A stretch of 63,863 nt of DNA, counting the filler, from Choristocarpus tenellus KU-1152 (lineage: Eukaryota; Protista; Phaeophyceae): the NCBI GenBank assembly GCA_964200185.2. It is 11 parts of 11 records of this genome, joined end to end, with 100 filler letters (N's around TTAATTAATTAA, not from the genome) between each part and the next. Parts side by side here need not be neighbours in the genome. Positions count along the whole stretch, not along the records: positions 1 to 10,996 come from CAXNAD020002576.1; positions 11,097 to 16,721 come from CAXNAD020010209.1; 9 more parts are not named here. One strand, written 5' to 3'. Position 1 is the stretch's first letter. The number at the start of each line of letters is the position of its first letter. This document shows, in pieces, positions 1 to 13,372 of this stretch. Under the pieces are notes generated by a model. That model was not told the DNA's origin and made no database searches. It was given only the letters and a program-made list of their open reading frames with translations. Made by a program: the position numbers and the translations under genes.

Positions 1-23
1 ACACCGCCCATGCAATCGCCCTT

Positions 24-3000
24 ATGCACACAGTGGATCTCCTCACACACGAGGTAACTGCCCCAAGGCTGGAAAGGGGGACACCAACAATAGGCCTCAT
101 CAGAGCATCCAAACTCTTCCACATGATCTCTGGCCTTTTACTCGCAAATGATGTAAAGCTCTCGAGGGAGGAAAGGTTTTCCTGGATAGCTTCAGGGAAC
201 AACCAAGAGCTAGTTGCATGGCTACTAGAACGATCCCAGAGGACCAGCAGACGTAGGGAGGCCCCTGGAGAGGACCCCAAGTCCCGCCAGGAACGCGCTG
301 CAGCTCTGGGTCACCACCACGGAGGAATTTCCAAGGAGCGAGCGTGCTCCTAGCACAACCCAGAGCTCCAGGGACGGAGGAGACTTTCAATATACTGGTC
401 CCTAAGCCCCTGAGTGAGAACCAAGACGAGCTTGCGCAGGCCACCATGGACTCAAAAGACAGGGTGCAAGGGAATGCAAGATCTGAGGAACAAAGGTACT
501 GCCCTCCTGAAGGGTAGTACACCCCCACCTCCCTTCGAAAAGCGTTCATGAGGGTTAATAGCAACTCAGCACCAGGCCCTGACAGGATGTGCCCAAACCA
601 CATCAGATCAGCCATCACAACAGATGTTGGTCACGAGGAAGTGTCAGAGGCATTTGCAAAGCTATGGGAGCTAGCCTACACCTCCCCGGACTCCCTACCC
701 CTAGAGTTCTGGACACTCCACACCAACTCCAGACTGTCCACAATTGGGGAGAAGTGTCACTCGGTCGCCTGCGGGTCTTTTTTCAGGAGGGCATGTGCTT
801 CAGCTTTCTGCACAGACTGGCGCCCCTACCTAGAGGGATTTTTCGGGGGAGTAGGACAATTTGGCGTCGGGTCCCAAATGGCATAGAACGTGCACTCCTG
901 GATATCCGCCTAAGGAATGAGTGCAGAGAATGGGTCATCAGTTTGGACGGAAGGAATGCTTTCAACAGCGTACGTCGCTCAGCTTTCATCCAGGACCTCC
1001 CAGAGACCCTACCAGGACTCCTACCTTAAGTCTCTAAGATATATGGGAACATCAGAAACCTTCTTTTCCCCCTAGATGAAGGAGGGACGAAGATTCTACC
1101 ATCGAGATCTGGGGCCCAACAGGGAGACCCACTGGCCCCCCTCTTATATTGCATGGCAACACACAAGGCCTTGCAACAGGTCCAATCAGTCTTTGGTCCC
1201 CACGGGATTTCCTCCCGGAGCTATCTGGATGGCATGTCCATTTCGGCAAGGGGGGTCAATCCTACCACCATAGCTACTTTCAAGTAGTTAAAAACTAATC
1301 TTCATGAAGTAGACATTGACCTAAACATGGACAAGACCTTTGCCGCACCTCCCCAGGGCCACCACCCCATGCTCTCGGAACTGGAGCTTCTCTCTACAGC
1401 GGGAATCAACCTAGCCCCAAACCCCAGTGGTTTTGTCACTCTAGGGGCTCCGGTGGGGACAGATGATTCTATTTGAGCTCACATGGCGGAGGTGATCGAG
1501 ATCTCTGGGACACGACCTTTGGCCACACACCTCAGTGAGATGGAGGATAAGCAAGTGGCCTGGCTCCTCAACTACTGGTCCCTCTCCTCCCGACTAGGGC
1601 TATCTTGTGAGGGTCGCTCCCCCCCTCCTGGCACGCTCCACCATGGAGCAAGCAGAGAACACCTCCTCACGGATACTAGAGAGGATAATGGGGATAGCCG
1701 ACTCGACAGAAGTGGCAGATTTCTTCGAGGGAGGGTGCAACAATGGATCTCTCCGCCTAGAGACCCACCAACAAGTACAGGCACATATGCCTACAAGTGC
1801 AGGGGTCCTGGGTCTCTCGTCTATGAAACACCGCCAACATTCGGCTTTTGTAGGATCACTGATAGCTACTCTCCCTACCCTCCTCACAACGCAGCAAGGA
1901 CCTCATGGTGAGTCCTTCTCACAAGCTATCTGTACGAGACCCACCATTCAGGCCTTAGGAACATCCATTCACACCCTCCTAACCACAGGTGTTCCCCCAG
2001 AAGACCTTGCTGAAATCATTGGCCAAGACTGGGTAACCTGGGGGGGAACAGCACCCTCTGTACCTGCCCCAGAGGTACATATCCTAGCTGCCCACGACGC
2101 CGGGATCACAAGGAGGACTCAGCACGAGATCACATACCTCCTCAACAAGATCCGTTTTGACTCCTTCAGGACACAACTGACCGGCCTTCCAAATGAGGCA
2201 CACCAAGGGAGGGAAAGCTCGCCATTAGCCCTAGCGCGCCACCAGAGCCAGTGTGGATAAGGGGCAAATGCGTGGGCCTCAACTCAACCTCTGGAACCAG
2301 CATGCCAGATCCCCCCTCTAGAATTCAAGCTCACAGTCAGCAGATCCCTAGGCCCTATCAAACAGGTGCCCAGTGGCACGGTGCAGGAGGCAAAATGTCG
2401 GTACCAGACACGCCCGTACCTGCCCCAGGGCAGGGGAACACGTACGACAGCACACTCCAATGGTAAAACGCCTCCATCAACTATGCAAGGGGATGGGCAT
2501 CCCTTGAACTACGGAGGATGGTAGCCCTTTCATAGTGGACAGGAATCTCCGAATAGATCTGGTGTTTCACGCAGGGGCACTAGCGGACGCCGGAACAGCT
2601 CCCTGCAGGGACAAAGGCCTTCTGCTAGACGTCACCTTCACAGAGATACAGGCAACCTCCCACCTAACCCACTCATCCACCAGCAATGGTGTAGCTGCTG
2701 CTGCAGCCGAGGCGCGAAAACGTACCCACGACGAGGACTCGTTTGATCCTCGTAGTTATAACCTCAACACCTTCACGGTGGAAAGTTTTGGGCGCCTTGG
2801 CAAGCAAGCAGAATGCTTCCTGGATGAGCCGGCTACTCACATGGTGGGAGGGAGAGGAACCGGAGGATTTAGCAGAAAAGGAGTAGTCAAATCGCGGCTA
2901 CGCCAAATTGTCTCGGTGACTACGCAAATGGCACTGTCTAGACGTGTCATGCGTTTTAAGCTAGAGTCACCAGGGAGATGGACACAGAGGGAGTTATTGG

Positions 3001-3047
3001 ATTCTTGGGATGCCTCCCTAGCTCCTCCCCCCGGGGCGCCGGGGTAG
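24..3047 (+). mobile_element. Degenerate CRE-like (RLE-type) non-LTR retrotransposon: RT, CCHC zinc finger and restriction-like endonuclease, with frameshifts and stops
   Basis: Motifs occur in the expected order across frames: GEKCHSVACGSFFRR (cf. K.RPIA.GE..RR), QFGVG, SLDGRNAFNSVRR (~940), GAQQGDPLAP (~1110), YLDG (decayed YLDD, ~1223), LGAPVG (1441), CPVARC..HARTC followed by RQH (~2367-2455), then RIDLVF..LLLDVT..AEARK..FTVESFGRLG (RLE, 2550-2800). The 5' boundary is uncertain. Confidence 0.85.
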
Positions 3048-3229
3048 ATAGACTGGAAGCACAGGAAGGCAGTAGTACAATATTTGATAGCGGTGAAGTA
3101 ACAAATAGATTAGTGTTTTTCACATTTATGATATTTTATTTCTTTAGGGCTTCTACTGACATATGTATAGTTTTCATTTGTTTCCTCCCTGACACATCTC
3201 CAAAATGTCAGAGGATATAATATCATCAA

Positions 3230-3720
3230 TTATTGATATCACTGGCAAAGAGGACTGACGAGGCAAAACCTCATCAGTAAAAGGAGGATCTTGTTCTCAT
3301 TAAGAGCGCATCACATACAACCAGGTCAGAGGAGGAGGACCAGTACGGAGTGTGCTAACACTTGAACAGTTCCTGCCTTGTGGAGTACGCTCTTTGCAGA
3401 CAACTCAAGCATTGCGCCAAGACAAAAGATGGTTTGGTCAGGATGATAGTGCTCGTGAAGGTGGCCAGGTCATTGGGTTAACCGTGTCGGACCCAAAGCT
3501 GGGCACCCTGTGCCCCTGACCTCCCAATAATGGCGCAGACAAAACTACCTGCAGATATGTGTATTGGGTCAAAATACAAGCAGATGGACAACTTTGTCTT
3601 GAAGGCGCCATCAGTGATGAAGCTGCTATCACTCTCAAGATCAGTACCAGGGTTGGAAAGGCTCGGAGTTGTTTCCGCAAAATAGGATGAAGTAGTCTCT
3701 GACAGGACCAAGGGTGTATC
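3230..3720 (+). mobile_element. Decayed RTE-clade LINE fragment (RT C-terminal half)
   Basis: Cross-frame translation gives TLFADNSSIAPR (cf. MLYADDAGIVSR), GLTVSDPK (cf. FGLTVSEKK), YKQMDNFV..GAISD (cf. YKQT.EFVYLGGAIS) and ISTRVGKARSCFRK. Confidence 0.6.
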
Positions 3721-4533
3721 ACCTGAGCTGAAGACCACCAGAATGCTCAAGGTTGAAATACTTGATGTTCTAATATTATATGGTTGTTTAGCATGAACAC
3801 CCTATCGGATTTTGCAAACGGGAACATACCTATCACACACTGTGCTACAAACAAACATGTCCTTGTGAAGACTGGGTTAGGCATACTAGCGATGCAAATG
3901 AGGAAACACGGAGGCTACTATAATGTGTGCCCAGATCAAGGAAATTGCCATTCCCACAAACATAACTCCCACACATTACATCAAATTCAAAAGTCAGTCA
4001 CAGAAGCCCCTTCAATGATACAATCATTGGCACTCCAGTCTGGGATACTATTGTCTCTCGCTGTTGCAATGTTGAATTAACACTTCGTAACTGTTTGTAC
4101 TCCCCCGCAAACAGCACCATGTGCATCAGCAACGAAGCGCTTTATCTGAGCAAGCACCGTGCACAGTGCTTCTTGGTTCATGCACTCACACACCATAATT
4201 CTTCCCGACTTAAGCGTAGCTCAAATTATAGCACTTATCATTATTACAATTCAAACAATTTGAAACATATATCACATGTAGGGACATCTGCCTCATACTA
4301 ATACCCAAAACCACAAATTGCTGATGCTCGAAACAATATTTCCCAACTAAACCAAAAAAAGGAGATATGCGCAAGTGAAAAGGCAATCGTGTAACACTAA
4401 AAATATACACTGACTGGGATAACTTACAATAGTAATATACATTGCCATTGAGTCAAAGGGATGCACATACATATTTTCTTTATCAGATTTTCTTGGGGCA
4501 GAAGGTAGAATTTATTAACTCCTTCAATGTTGC

Positions 4534-4559
4534 CAGGCTCAGGCTCAGGCTCAGGCTCA

Positions 4560-4597
<38 letters not shown>

Positions 4598-4617
4598 GTC
4601 TCTTGATATATATATAT
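4534..4617. repeat. Compound microsatellite (CAGGCT)n/(CT)n/(AT)n
   Basis: Directly visible. Confidence 0.9.
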
Positions 4618-5238
4618 TTAAATAAGTACTTTAAAATCAGCAGAAATGATGGGGAAAACCATAGGTAAACATAATGTCCATGAGCACATGAAGGAAGGAC
4701 TTCCCTCATCAATGGACAAACAAACGACCCCCTAATGATGAAACAGCAACACATACTAACCAAATTACAACAGGGGTGTTTTGATGATGACCAAAAAACC
4801 CAGTGTCACATTGTTCTATCTATAATAAAGAACACAGTGTGAACAGAGTGGCAATTGCTGCTACCAACCAGCCTCAAACAGGTGACCCACAGGGGGGGTA
4901 GGGGGTAATCACACCACTATCCCTGGTGAACGCCTCACAAGTAGTACTACTTCAGAGATGTGCCACTGCAAAGCTTTACCCACTCCTGTGTGAAACAAAG
5001 CTCCAGTTAGCAAAGAAACCACCATTACAACGTCCTCCACAAAAGCGTCCTATTGATGTGGAAACCTCAAATAGCACTCCTTGAGACCTCACCAAGCCCG
5101 AGCTTCACAAGGAACCAAGCAGAAATTACAGACTCCGCCTGCAATGTGAGCGCCCTTCATAGGGTTAGGGTTAGGCATCATGGTACATGATGTCAATTCA
5201 CGCCACAACAACCCCAGTCTTTTCGTCAGGGCACTTCT

Positions 5239-8200
5239 CTACTCTCCATCGAGCTCAATTAGCCGTTGATACTCCTTCTTCTTGGCCTCATAAGTAACGC
5301 GTAATATCTCTCCCTGGATCTTCAGGTTCTCCTGCATCCTCCTGAGCTTTTCTTCCTTCGCCCTGAGAGTCTCCTCCTCCGCCAGGATCACCTCCTCCTG
5401 CTTCCTCAGCTTCGACAAGGTAGTTGCCAAGGACTTCTCATTCTTCCGTATCGCCTGCTGCAACAACTTATCCGCAGTGTCCACAACAACATCCGAGCCC
5501 CTACAGACACTCCTACTCTCCCCCTCTGTACTCCTAACTAATGGGTTCTCCCTGCCCCCACCCTGCTCACTGGCTGTGGGCACAACTCTAGCCTCCTCCT
5601 GGGTTGATGAGGTCCTCCTTCGCTTCCCCGCACCTCCCCCCTCCTCTCCCCTCGATCTATTTTTACGAAGAACATTAAAAAGAGTTGGTGGATCTGAGCT
5701 TGAGTTTTTGGTAGGCTTGCTGCTGCTGCAACTCCCAAACTCAGTACTCGCGTAATCCTCTTCACATTCTGTTTTCACAGCATTCACAATGGTAATCTTC
5801 GTCTCCCCTGCCCCCCCCCCCTCCTCCCCTGCACACACCCACCCTGTCCAACTCTTCCTCACATTGCTGGTTTTGCTTACTATTAGTTCCTGCTTCATCC
5901 TTTGGTTCTCCGCATCCGACAATGAATCAACATGCTACAGCGGGAGGGTACAGGGGTCATCCAGGGCAGGGAGGAAAGAAAAAAAAAATGATGGGTTTGT
6001 GAGCTGTGGTAGGCACAATACAGAGAAGGGAACTTGAAACTTGCCACATAGGATAATAAATTGAGGACTGGTCAAATGAACAATAATCCAAGCACATTAA
6101 CCAAAACAAAAGAAGTGAGTGCCAGGCCAATACATCCCTGGGAAATGATCTTGGGCAGGTAGTAAATGCATACTACGCTTGCAGGAAGCTAAGCACTGGT
6201 GAGAATTGACTCTCCATTGATCCCAGCTTGCTTCAAGGTCTGATGCAGTAGGCTGAAAGACCCACACACAAGAGGCTTTCCCGCTCCCACCCTGAAAGTA
6301 CTGGTGTCAAAATTGCTTCAGTTGGAAACCAGACACAAACTCCTGGCAGAGAGCACTGATGATTATTCTGGTGTGCCTGCTCCTTCAACACAAACTGAAG
6401 CTTCTCATTCATCTCCTCCAAGATAGAGATATCTCCAGAGTGCAGGTATAGGAGTCAACAGTGCAAGACTTCCAACACTATAGTAAGGCATCTTCCCACC
6501 CTGTGCAACAAATCCTACCCCTGCTTAACCCAGTATGGTGGTGACCAGTAAGCCTGTGCACCACTGCACAGATTTAACTGGTCACAATGAAACCCCCTAG
6601 TGGTGAGGCTGAGCCAGTTGACATGCTGATGATATCTCAACAGGTACTCTTTTAACACTTCCCTTTCACTATGGTTGTAAATAAGATGGGTTGAAACGAT
6701 GCTACTGGGATGGGATCAACAAAGTCATGTGCATTTCCATCATGATGCAAGATGCAATACTCTTCAGAAGTGTTGAGTGCAGCAGGTGGACAGGTATGCA
6801 ATTCATCAGCATCAGAAGATACCAGGTAGTGCAGGAAAACATCTGAATCAATAGTAGGTTCTATCAAATAGAATGCTACAAAAAAAAATGCGAACGGCAA
6901 CTATGAGGGGCCCTGCAAGTGTGCGGAATGTCACCTGGCTCAGCATAATGGAGCTTTCTTCCTTGGCAGCAGCTCTTGCCCGTTCAACCTTATCAAGCTG
7001 CACATGCCAAGAAGCAGACTTCACCTGCATATTTTCACGAGCTTGGTGCTGCCTTAGCTCCTCCTTGGCTCGTCTGGCCACAGCCAAATGCTGCAGAGCC
7101 TCAGCGTTCGCCTTCCTGGCCAGCAGTATCTCCCTGTCCACCACCTCTGCATCTGAAGTACAACCCTTCAGCTCTGCAGTGGACCCTCCATGTGCACAGT
7201 CCTCCACAGTTTGTCTGGCTGCAGCCAAATGCTGTTCCGCCTCAGCATTTGCTGTCTTGGCTAGTAATAGCTCTCTGTTCACCACATTTGCATTTAAGGA
7301 GCAACCCTTCACCTCTGCAGAGGCCACTTGTTCTGCACACCCTTCCTTAGCTTGGCCAACCGTGACTAGTTCCTGATGCACCTCAGCAGTTGCTTCCTTG
7401 ACCAGGAACGCCTCCCTGTTCACCGTCTTCACATCTGAGGTGGAACCATTCGCCTCCGCAGTGGCCACCCCCCTTGTATAATCATCCTTGGTTTGTCTGG
7501 CTGCAGACAGGTCCTGCTGTTCCCTAAACTCTCCATTCTTGGCCAGCAGAAGCTCTCTGGCCATTGCCTCTGCGGTGGCCATTCCTTGTGTAGGCGTCGC
7601 AACTGCTGAGGTAGCCATAGGCACAACAGGAGGAGGTAGTGCATCACAGGGATGATGGGAAGACGCTGACCTTTTAACTAGCTGGCAAACTAAATCCATC
7701 ATAGTGGCCACATCAGAGGTCAGGGAGTTGAATTGGTCCTGTTGTGCTCCAAACTGATCAGTTGTACGGGAGCTAGCGCCAGAACGGTACGAACCACTAC
7801 CAGTTTGCATGTCTTTGTGGCAGTTCCATTGGCCTTCCCTTGCATGGGCTGCAACATGAGGCACAGGAGGGGTGGCATCGCCCAGGGGATGGACGTGGCT
7901 GGGATCACTGTGAGGACCGGTTGCCAGAACAGGGTAGGCCATGGTGGATCGCAGAGGAGGAACTCTGCACACCTGACGCCAAGAAGGGTGGGAGTAACCA
8001 TCATCACCATCAAAAGCATGCATTGCTCGAGAACGACGTAGAGGTGCCTCAGAGAGATCTGAAGGGCCTCCAGTACTGCGGAGGGGGGATACGAAATCCC
8101 CACCATCATCAGGATTAAAGTCACTAGAGGGGAAGGCCTTGGATTTAGCCTCTGCTGAGGGGTCTTCAACACTGCACAAAGGATGAGGGTCAAGACCCTC

Positions 8201-8629
8201 ACTCTGCCCTTGGAGGAATGCACTGAGGAGTGTATTGGGGAACCTAGTCGAACCTGATGGTCCCACAATGTTGCTTGGGTGTCCACGACGGTTTCCCTCA
8301 CTTGCCACAGGGTGATCGCGAGGGGAGGAGAAGGTGGGCGCCTCACAAGGTGGGCCACCAAGGCGGTCGCGATCACCACCGTAACAGTCAAGGGGCCTGT
8401 CCGAACATCTTTCAGGAGACCCCAAATAAGGATATCTTTCCATGTGCGAAGGCTGAGGTAGAAAATGGGTCGAGGGTATTGGGTGTGCACGGTCAGGATC
8501 CGAGGACAAAGAAAACATGAGGCCCCAGGCTTGGAAGCCAGGTGAGGGGGGGGGTGTGGGGACTAGAGGGTATACGGACAATCCAAGATCGATTGATGCT
8601 GGGCATGGATAGCAGAGTGCATCACAGAA
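5239..8629 (-). CDS. Uncharacterised low-complexity/coiled-coil protein with four 47-aa tandem repeats (exons ~8629-6935 and 5934-5239; 5' end uncertain)
   Basis: The 577-aa and 227-aa ORFs join in phase 0 via CAG|GTGACA (6935/6934) and a polypyrimidine-CTGTAG acceptor (5935/5934). There is an in-frame CAACAG acceptor at 8630. The C-terminus is rich in coiled-coil heptads. Confidence 0.65.
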
Positions 8630-10936
8630 CTGTTGACGGGGTAGGTATGGGTTGGATAATGAGGCGAAGCAACGAAATGCGTCCGATCACCTGAAAGATA
8701 TGATAGGGGAAAGGAAAGGTGAACCATGCCGCAGATAAGAAGAGGAAACGTGTCGGAGATATATTAGGGTAGAAAGGAACAGGTTGCGGCAACAATAGTG
8801 GGACGTGAGCATGAACAAAGCAATCCCATCAAACAGCAGAAAGAGTAAAATCAAGAGCATACAGATCGGAAAAGGGAAAATCTGGGCAATGATGTACGTG
8901 TGAAAAGCCGTGGGAAGGTATGTAGATAGGAAAGACGAGGAAACGAAACAACCCATCATAAACGACTACCTTTCTGTGATAGACAAAAATAAAACGTGTT
9001 TGAAAGAGAACGAGGAAAAACTTGAAGCAGAAAACGTTTAACTGCAATGCAGTGGCAAGCGCTAAACGGTATCCCAGTCAAGAGGAACGTGAATGCTTTA
9101 ATGGGTTTTGTATGGGAGGGATGAGGGAACAACAATCTTAACCCTTTGGATTGTGTGGACTCAACTGCTAGGAAGGAAGAAAGAGTCCTGATATAACCCT
9201 AAAGAACCAATTGGTGTATCGTCTAGATGCCTACAATACACTTCAGGCCTCAAGGGTGAGGACCAGGGTGTGTTGTAACAACGCCTTTACTCCAACATTT
9301 AGAAGACAATCATCAACAAAACCATCCTTCCATCTTTTTTAGGATTCAACCAAATTTGTGAAGAGATAGTAGGAGATTCCACAAAATTGTGAAATATTTT
9401 GAATAACATGAAAATAAAACTATTGGTCAAATATATATGGCATTAGTCTCAGTTTTGTGATTAGGAGAAGTCACTGTATCAGATAGATAAACCAGTTTAA
9501 AGATAAACAGATAATGAAAAAGGTCGGAAAGTGTAAAGAAAAGGGTTAATTGGTGAACTATCTAAAAGCATACTGGGTATCCTAGTAAAGTTAATCGAAA
9601 GTGAACAGAGGGAAGAAAGAAGGATGGGGAGGAAGGGACAGATGAAGGGTGAAGTGAATGGGAGAGGTAGAAGAATAAAGAGTCAAACCAACTTAGAGAG
9701 GTACGCAGGGTTACATTATAATACTCCATAAAAAAGACAACAAAAAGACAAGATCTTCCACATAACTTGAACAGAAAGTCGTTGGTTAATTGTGATGTCC
9801 AATAACTTCTACTCCTAATCCCATCTACATCATATCCCCAATGACAGTTGTCACGCAAAGGTATCGCCCTGCACTGTCATCTACTATACTCATATTCATC
9901 ACTAATGTCCAACAATATCCCAGGTTGCAACCAAAGCAGTGTAACACGTATAACTGATAGGTTTTTTCAGAACATCGATTAAGGGGGTCCTCATATTATG
10001 TCTCCGGTGCTCCTAACTCTATTATCAAGTATCACCATAGTAATCATCCCACAACTAGCCCTCACCCTCCAATTTCGTCACGAATGCCATGGGCAAAATA
10101 GCCAAGTGTTCACGGTAGAAATGGCACAATCTATGACTGATCCACTTAAATCCAATACCCCCCCCCCCCCCCTTAGATAAAACTGTGACACATACCCTGG
10201 CCATCAATCAGTCTACACTTGACCTAGTCTATCCATTTCTCTTCACGTATGCCACAGAAAGATTTAAATCTGAGGGGCATAAGCGCCTACTGGTCTCTTA
10301 ATCAATACTGCATTCCAAACTAACCCTGACTATCACTCTATGATAGTCCTAACTCCCCTAATCGTAGCTTTCGTGGAGTATGTCCGTGTAACTACTTACC
10401 TTCTATTAACCGTAATGATGAGCTTATTCACGGGTGCTAAGGGTCAACAATGCCAATGACAGGAACCGCAAAACCTACGACTGGTCGTGTAGAGACAATG
10501 CACCCCGCTGGGTATGACTTTCGGCCTTATCGTGGACTGTGATGTAGCAAATGATGCAGAAAGTGTCGTGGGAAATATAGATGTGGGGGGTGGAATAGAT
10601 AAACCCCTGTAGATACCTAAAGAGATAATGTAGCCCCTAAGGCTAGGAGATGCAAGGAGTGTAGGGGGGGTCAGGGGCTCTGATATGTAAGGTTTGGGGA
10701 AGGCACAGCCTGGAGTAGTAGAACCTGATAGCGAGTACACAGGATATACTCAGACTGTGTGATACTCCACGACCCGTGAATTTGATACTAGAGGCTGGCT
10801 AGTATAGAAAGATGTTTCGTGGAGATGGGTAAATAGGGATGGGAACATTAGTTCACAGGTCCTACGAGGTCTGCCGTGAGCCCTTTATTTCTTTGATGGT
10901 TGGTGTAATCATTGAGAATACTCCAAAATGGGGCTT

Positions 10937-10996
10937 GAGTGAAAGTATCTTAGAGGGTACGAGTTTTGCCCTTTTTGTCCATTTGGGGCTTGCCTT
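10937..10996 (+). mobile_element. MITE family A, partial (cut by contig end)
   Basis: Starts with TIR GAGTGAAAGTATCTTAGAGGGTAC, matching the other A copies. Confidence 0.85.
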
Positions 10997-11096
10997 NNNN
11001 NNNNNNNNNNNNNNNNNNNNNNNNNNNNNNNNNNNNNNNNTTAATTAATTAANNNNNNNNNNNNNNNNNNNNNNNNNNNNNNNNNNNNNNNNNNNN
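10997..11096. other. Artificial contig linker (N44-TTAATTAATTAA-N44)
   Basis: Identical 100-nt spacer with six-frame stops, repeated ten times in the window. Confidence 0.98.
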
Positions 11097-12776
11097 CTTA
11101 CGCCTCCCGTTGTCCCCCCCCCCCTCCCCACACACACACCTTCTACTGCAATGTAAACCTCTCCCCTAACCCTTTTGTGTTGTGCCTCTCTGCCACTGCC
11201 CTCCATTTTTTTTTATGGGGTGGGACTGTCGGAGAGCAGCAGCAGCAGTTTGCCAGATTCCCTCCTCAAGGAAGGGGAATTTGACAGCCTGCCTAAATCT
11301 TTCACTGGTGTTTTTATGGTTGTTGACCCCAGCCAGTTTGGCGTGTAAAAGGCGTGTTGCCCAGCTGTAGCAAGAGAAGCAGCATGTGTGGCGAGACAGG
11401 TTAAGGAGTGGGCATGGTGGTAGAGATGGGAAAGGCTTAAGGCTCAGGAAACTCTGTGGTCTTAGGGTTAGGGTTAGGGGTGCGTGACCACTTTTTCCTG
11501 GCATATGGACAGGCAGCTTGTTTCAGGATATTTGATGGAGCCAGTGTTCAGTGATTTTGGGGGGAGCGTGCTTTTTGACTTGTGAGTGGACCATAAGTTT
11601 AGGATAGATTTTCCACAATTGCAGAATCGTCCGGGCTCTTTATTAGTCACCCTCTGGGTACTGTCCCCTGCTTCTTTAGCTCCCCCTTGTAGATGATGAT
11701 TTTTTGGGCATATGTGATTGAGTGAAGGAGGAAGACAGTGTATGAGAAGGTAAGAGGAGGAGAGTCAAGTGAGGAAGAGGGTTGGTTGGGATGTGCAGTG
11801 ACTTCACGCAGTGTAGAAGAGATGGGATAGACTATGATCCCCTCCGGTGAGTGGCCGAATTATCCTGAGGCCTGTAGTAACTGCTGAAATAAGTGCACGA
11901 TTGTGAGACCAGACAGTAGTGCAGTGAGGGTAGGATTGTTATTGTTTACAGTTTTGCCTCTTGGCACTTCAAGTTTTGAGCCTGCTGTTCATTGTCGAAG
12001 AGATGATGGGAGAGAAAATGAGCTGATCTACTCTTGCCTTTTGAGTCCCTATGGTAAAAGTTAATTGAGGTTGCTTTTTTACAAGTAGCCGCACATGTAA
12101 CCATTTGTGTCGGCTATCGATAGTATTAGTGTTGTCAAGAATGTTGGGTCACTCGTGCTTCTCCTCCTTTGTCATCCTAATCTGGAATATCATACTCGTG
12201 GGCGTGTTCTTGTCGAAGGGTTAGGGTGGGTAAGGTGTGCAGAGGGCAGTGTACAGTTTGTGAACAGGGGTTTGCTTTGTGCGTCGCTAGCTGGCGCCAA
12301 TTGGAGTAGAAACCCTGTGTATAGGTGGAAACGTGCCCCTCACGTATGCACTCCCAACTACCACCTTGTTGGTTGCAAGGGCAGGGCAGGTGGCGATGCA
12401 GTAATTGCATATGCGTAGGATGATTGGTGGATGGTTTTGAGTAGGTAGATCAGTTTTTGTACTTGCCCTTTCACTGCTCAAATTGGCTAAGAATGCAGTG
12501 ACTTCTGCTACTGTACCGTGATGCCCTTTATTCATTTATTTTTCTCAAAGTGATTGCGCCTTGTGTAAGGGTCTTCATTGTAGAACAACCAGTCATGGTG
12601 TAGGTATCCGTGGCATGGAAGGGTGTCCTGCCATTTTAACACTAGGGATAAATACCCCCACGAAATATATTATGGTTCCCCCAAGTGCACTCTTTAGTAC
12701 TTATATTAATAGCATGCGCTATGCAATACATGTCTTGTAGATCTCTATCTAGTCATTTGAAGTGATAGAGTAGTGA

Positions 12777-13038
12777 TAGTCAAATCAACTGGGAGGTTGA
12801 CAGGGTTGCACCTGGAGAATCTCGAGAAAGGGCAAGATTAGTCGTTTTGTACAATTGCAGAAAGAACCTTTCGTGAATTATGGTGTCACTTTTTGTGTGA
12901 AGAGGGGAATGTCAATTTTGTGAACACTCTTGTGCACATGAAACAATGAAATATGGTCTTGCACAGGGTAAGAAATATGACTTAGAAGAATGGAAAAGGG
13001 CCCAAACCTACCTGTCTACCTCTCAGTTAGTTTGACTC
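12777..13038 (+). mobile_element. MITE family D (~260 bp, old)
   Basis: TIRs tAGTCAAATCAACTGGGAGG...CTACCTCTCAGTTAGTTTGACTC. The interior is homologous to 24218, 50251 and 62383. Confidence 0.7.
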
Positions 13039-13280
13039 TTAATCCATTTGTAATTGTCATTCGAAACACTTTGTATATTACAACAATGATTGTCTTGCAA
13101 CTATGAACGTGTTTTCTACAATACTTCATTCTTTTATTCACTTGGATATTGGTCATTATTTGCAGTGCAGTCTCCATTGAGGGGAGTGATTGAAACTTTT
13201 TGATTCTTTGTTATAATGTAAGTGTGACTTTTTTGTGGTGTGCAAATATTCATTGTGTCTTCTTCTACTCTACTGAACAG

Positions 13281-13372
13281 AGAAGAAAAATTACCATCGT
13301 TGCTGGCAGCCAAGTTCAACCTTTGTCCTATGTACTAGACTTGCTTGGCGGATTGCAAAGGGTCTCTGCCAG
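13281..13372 (+). CDS. Candidate isolated internal exon (RRKITIVAGSQVQPLSYVLDLLGGLQRVSA), product unknown
   Basis: Polypyrimidine-AACAG acceptor and an open frame. The only donor found is a non-canonical CAG|GCAATG. Confidence 0.3.

Noticed and set aside
3255-3287. CTGACGAGG-CAAAA-CCTCATCAG hairpin as a hammerhead ribozyme
   Set aside because: A CUGANGA box is present but there is no GAAA after a stem II on either strand, and it lies in a decayed LINE. CTGATGA at 63421 fails for the same reason.
6873-8520. Overlapping antisense and alternate-frame ORFs over the 577-aa ORF (also at 16830-17480 and 29487-31372)
   Set aside because: These are shadow ORFs expected from GC-rich low-complexity coding sequence.
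11041-11052. Recurrent TTAATTAATTAA palindrome as a biological repeat or CRISPR-like element
   Set aside because: It is always centred in exactly 44+44 Ns, so it is an assembly linker with six-frame stops.
11691-11750. Exon-like segment with strong AG/GT signals
   Set aside because: It has stops in all three frames; at most a UTR or pseudo-exon.
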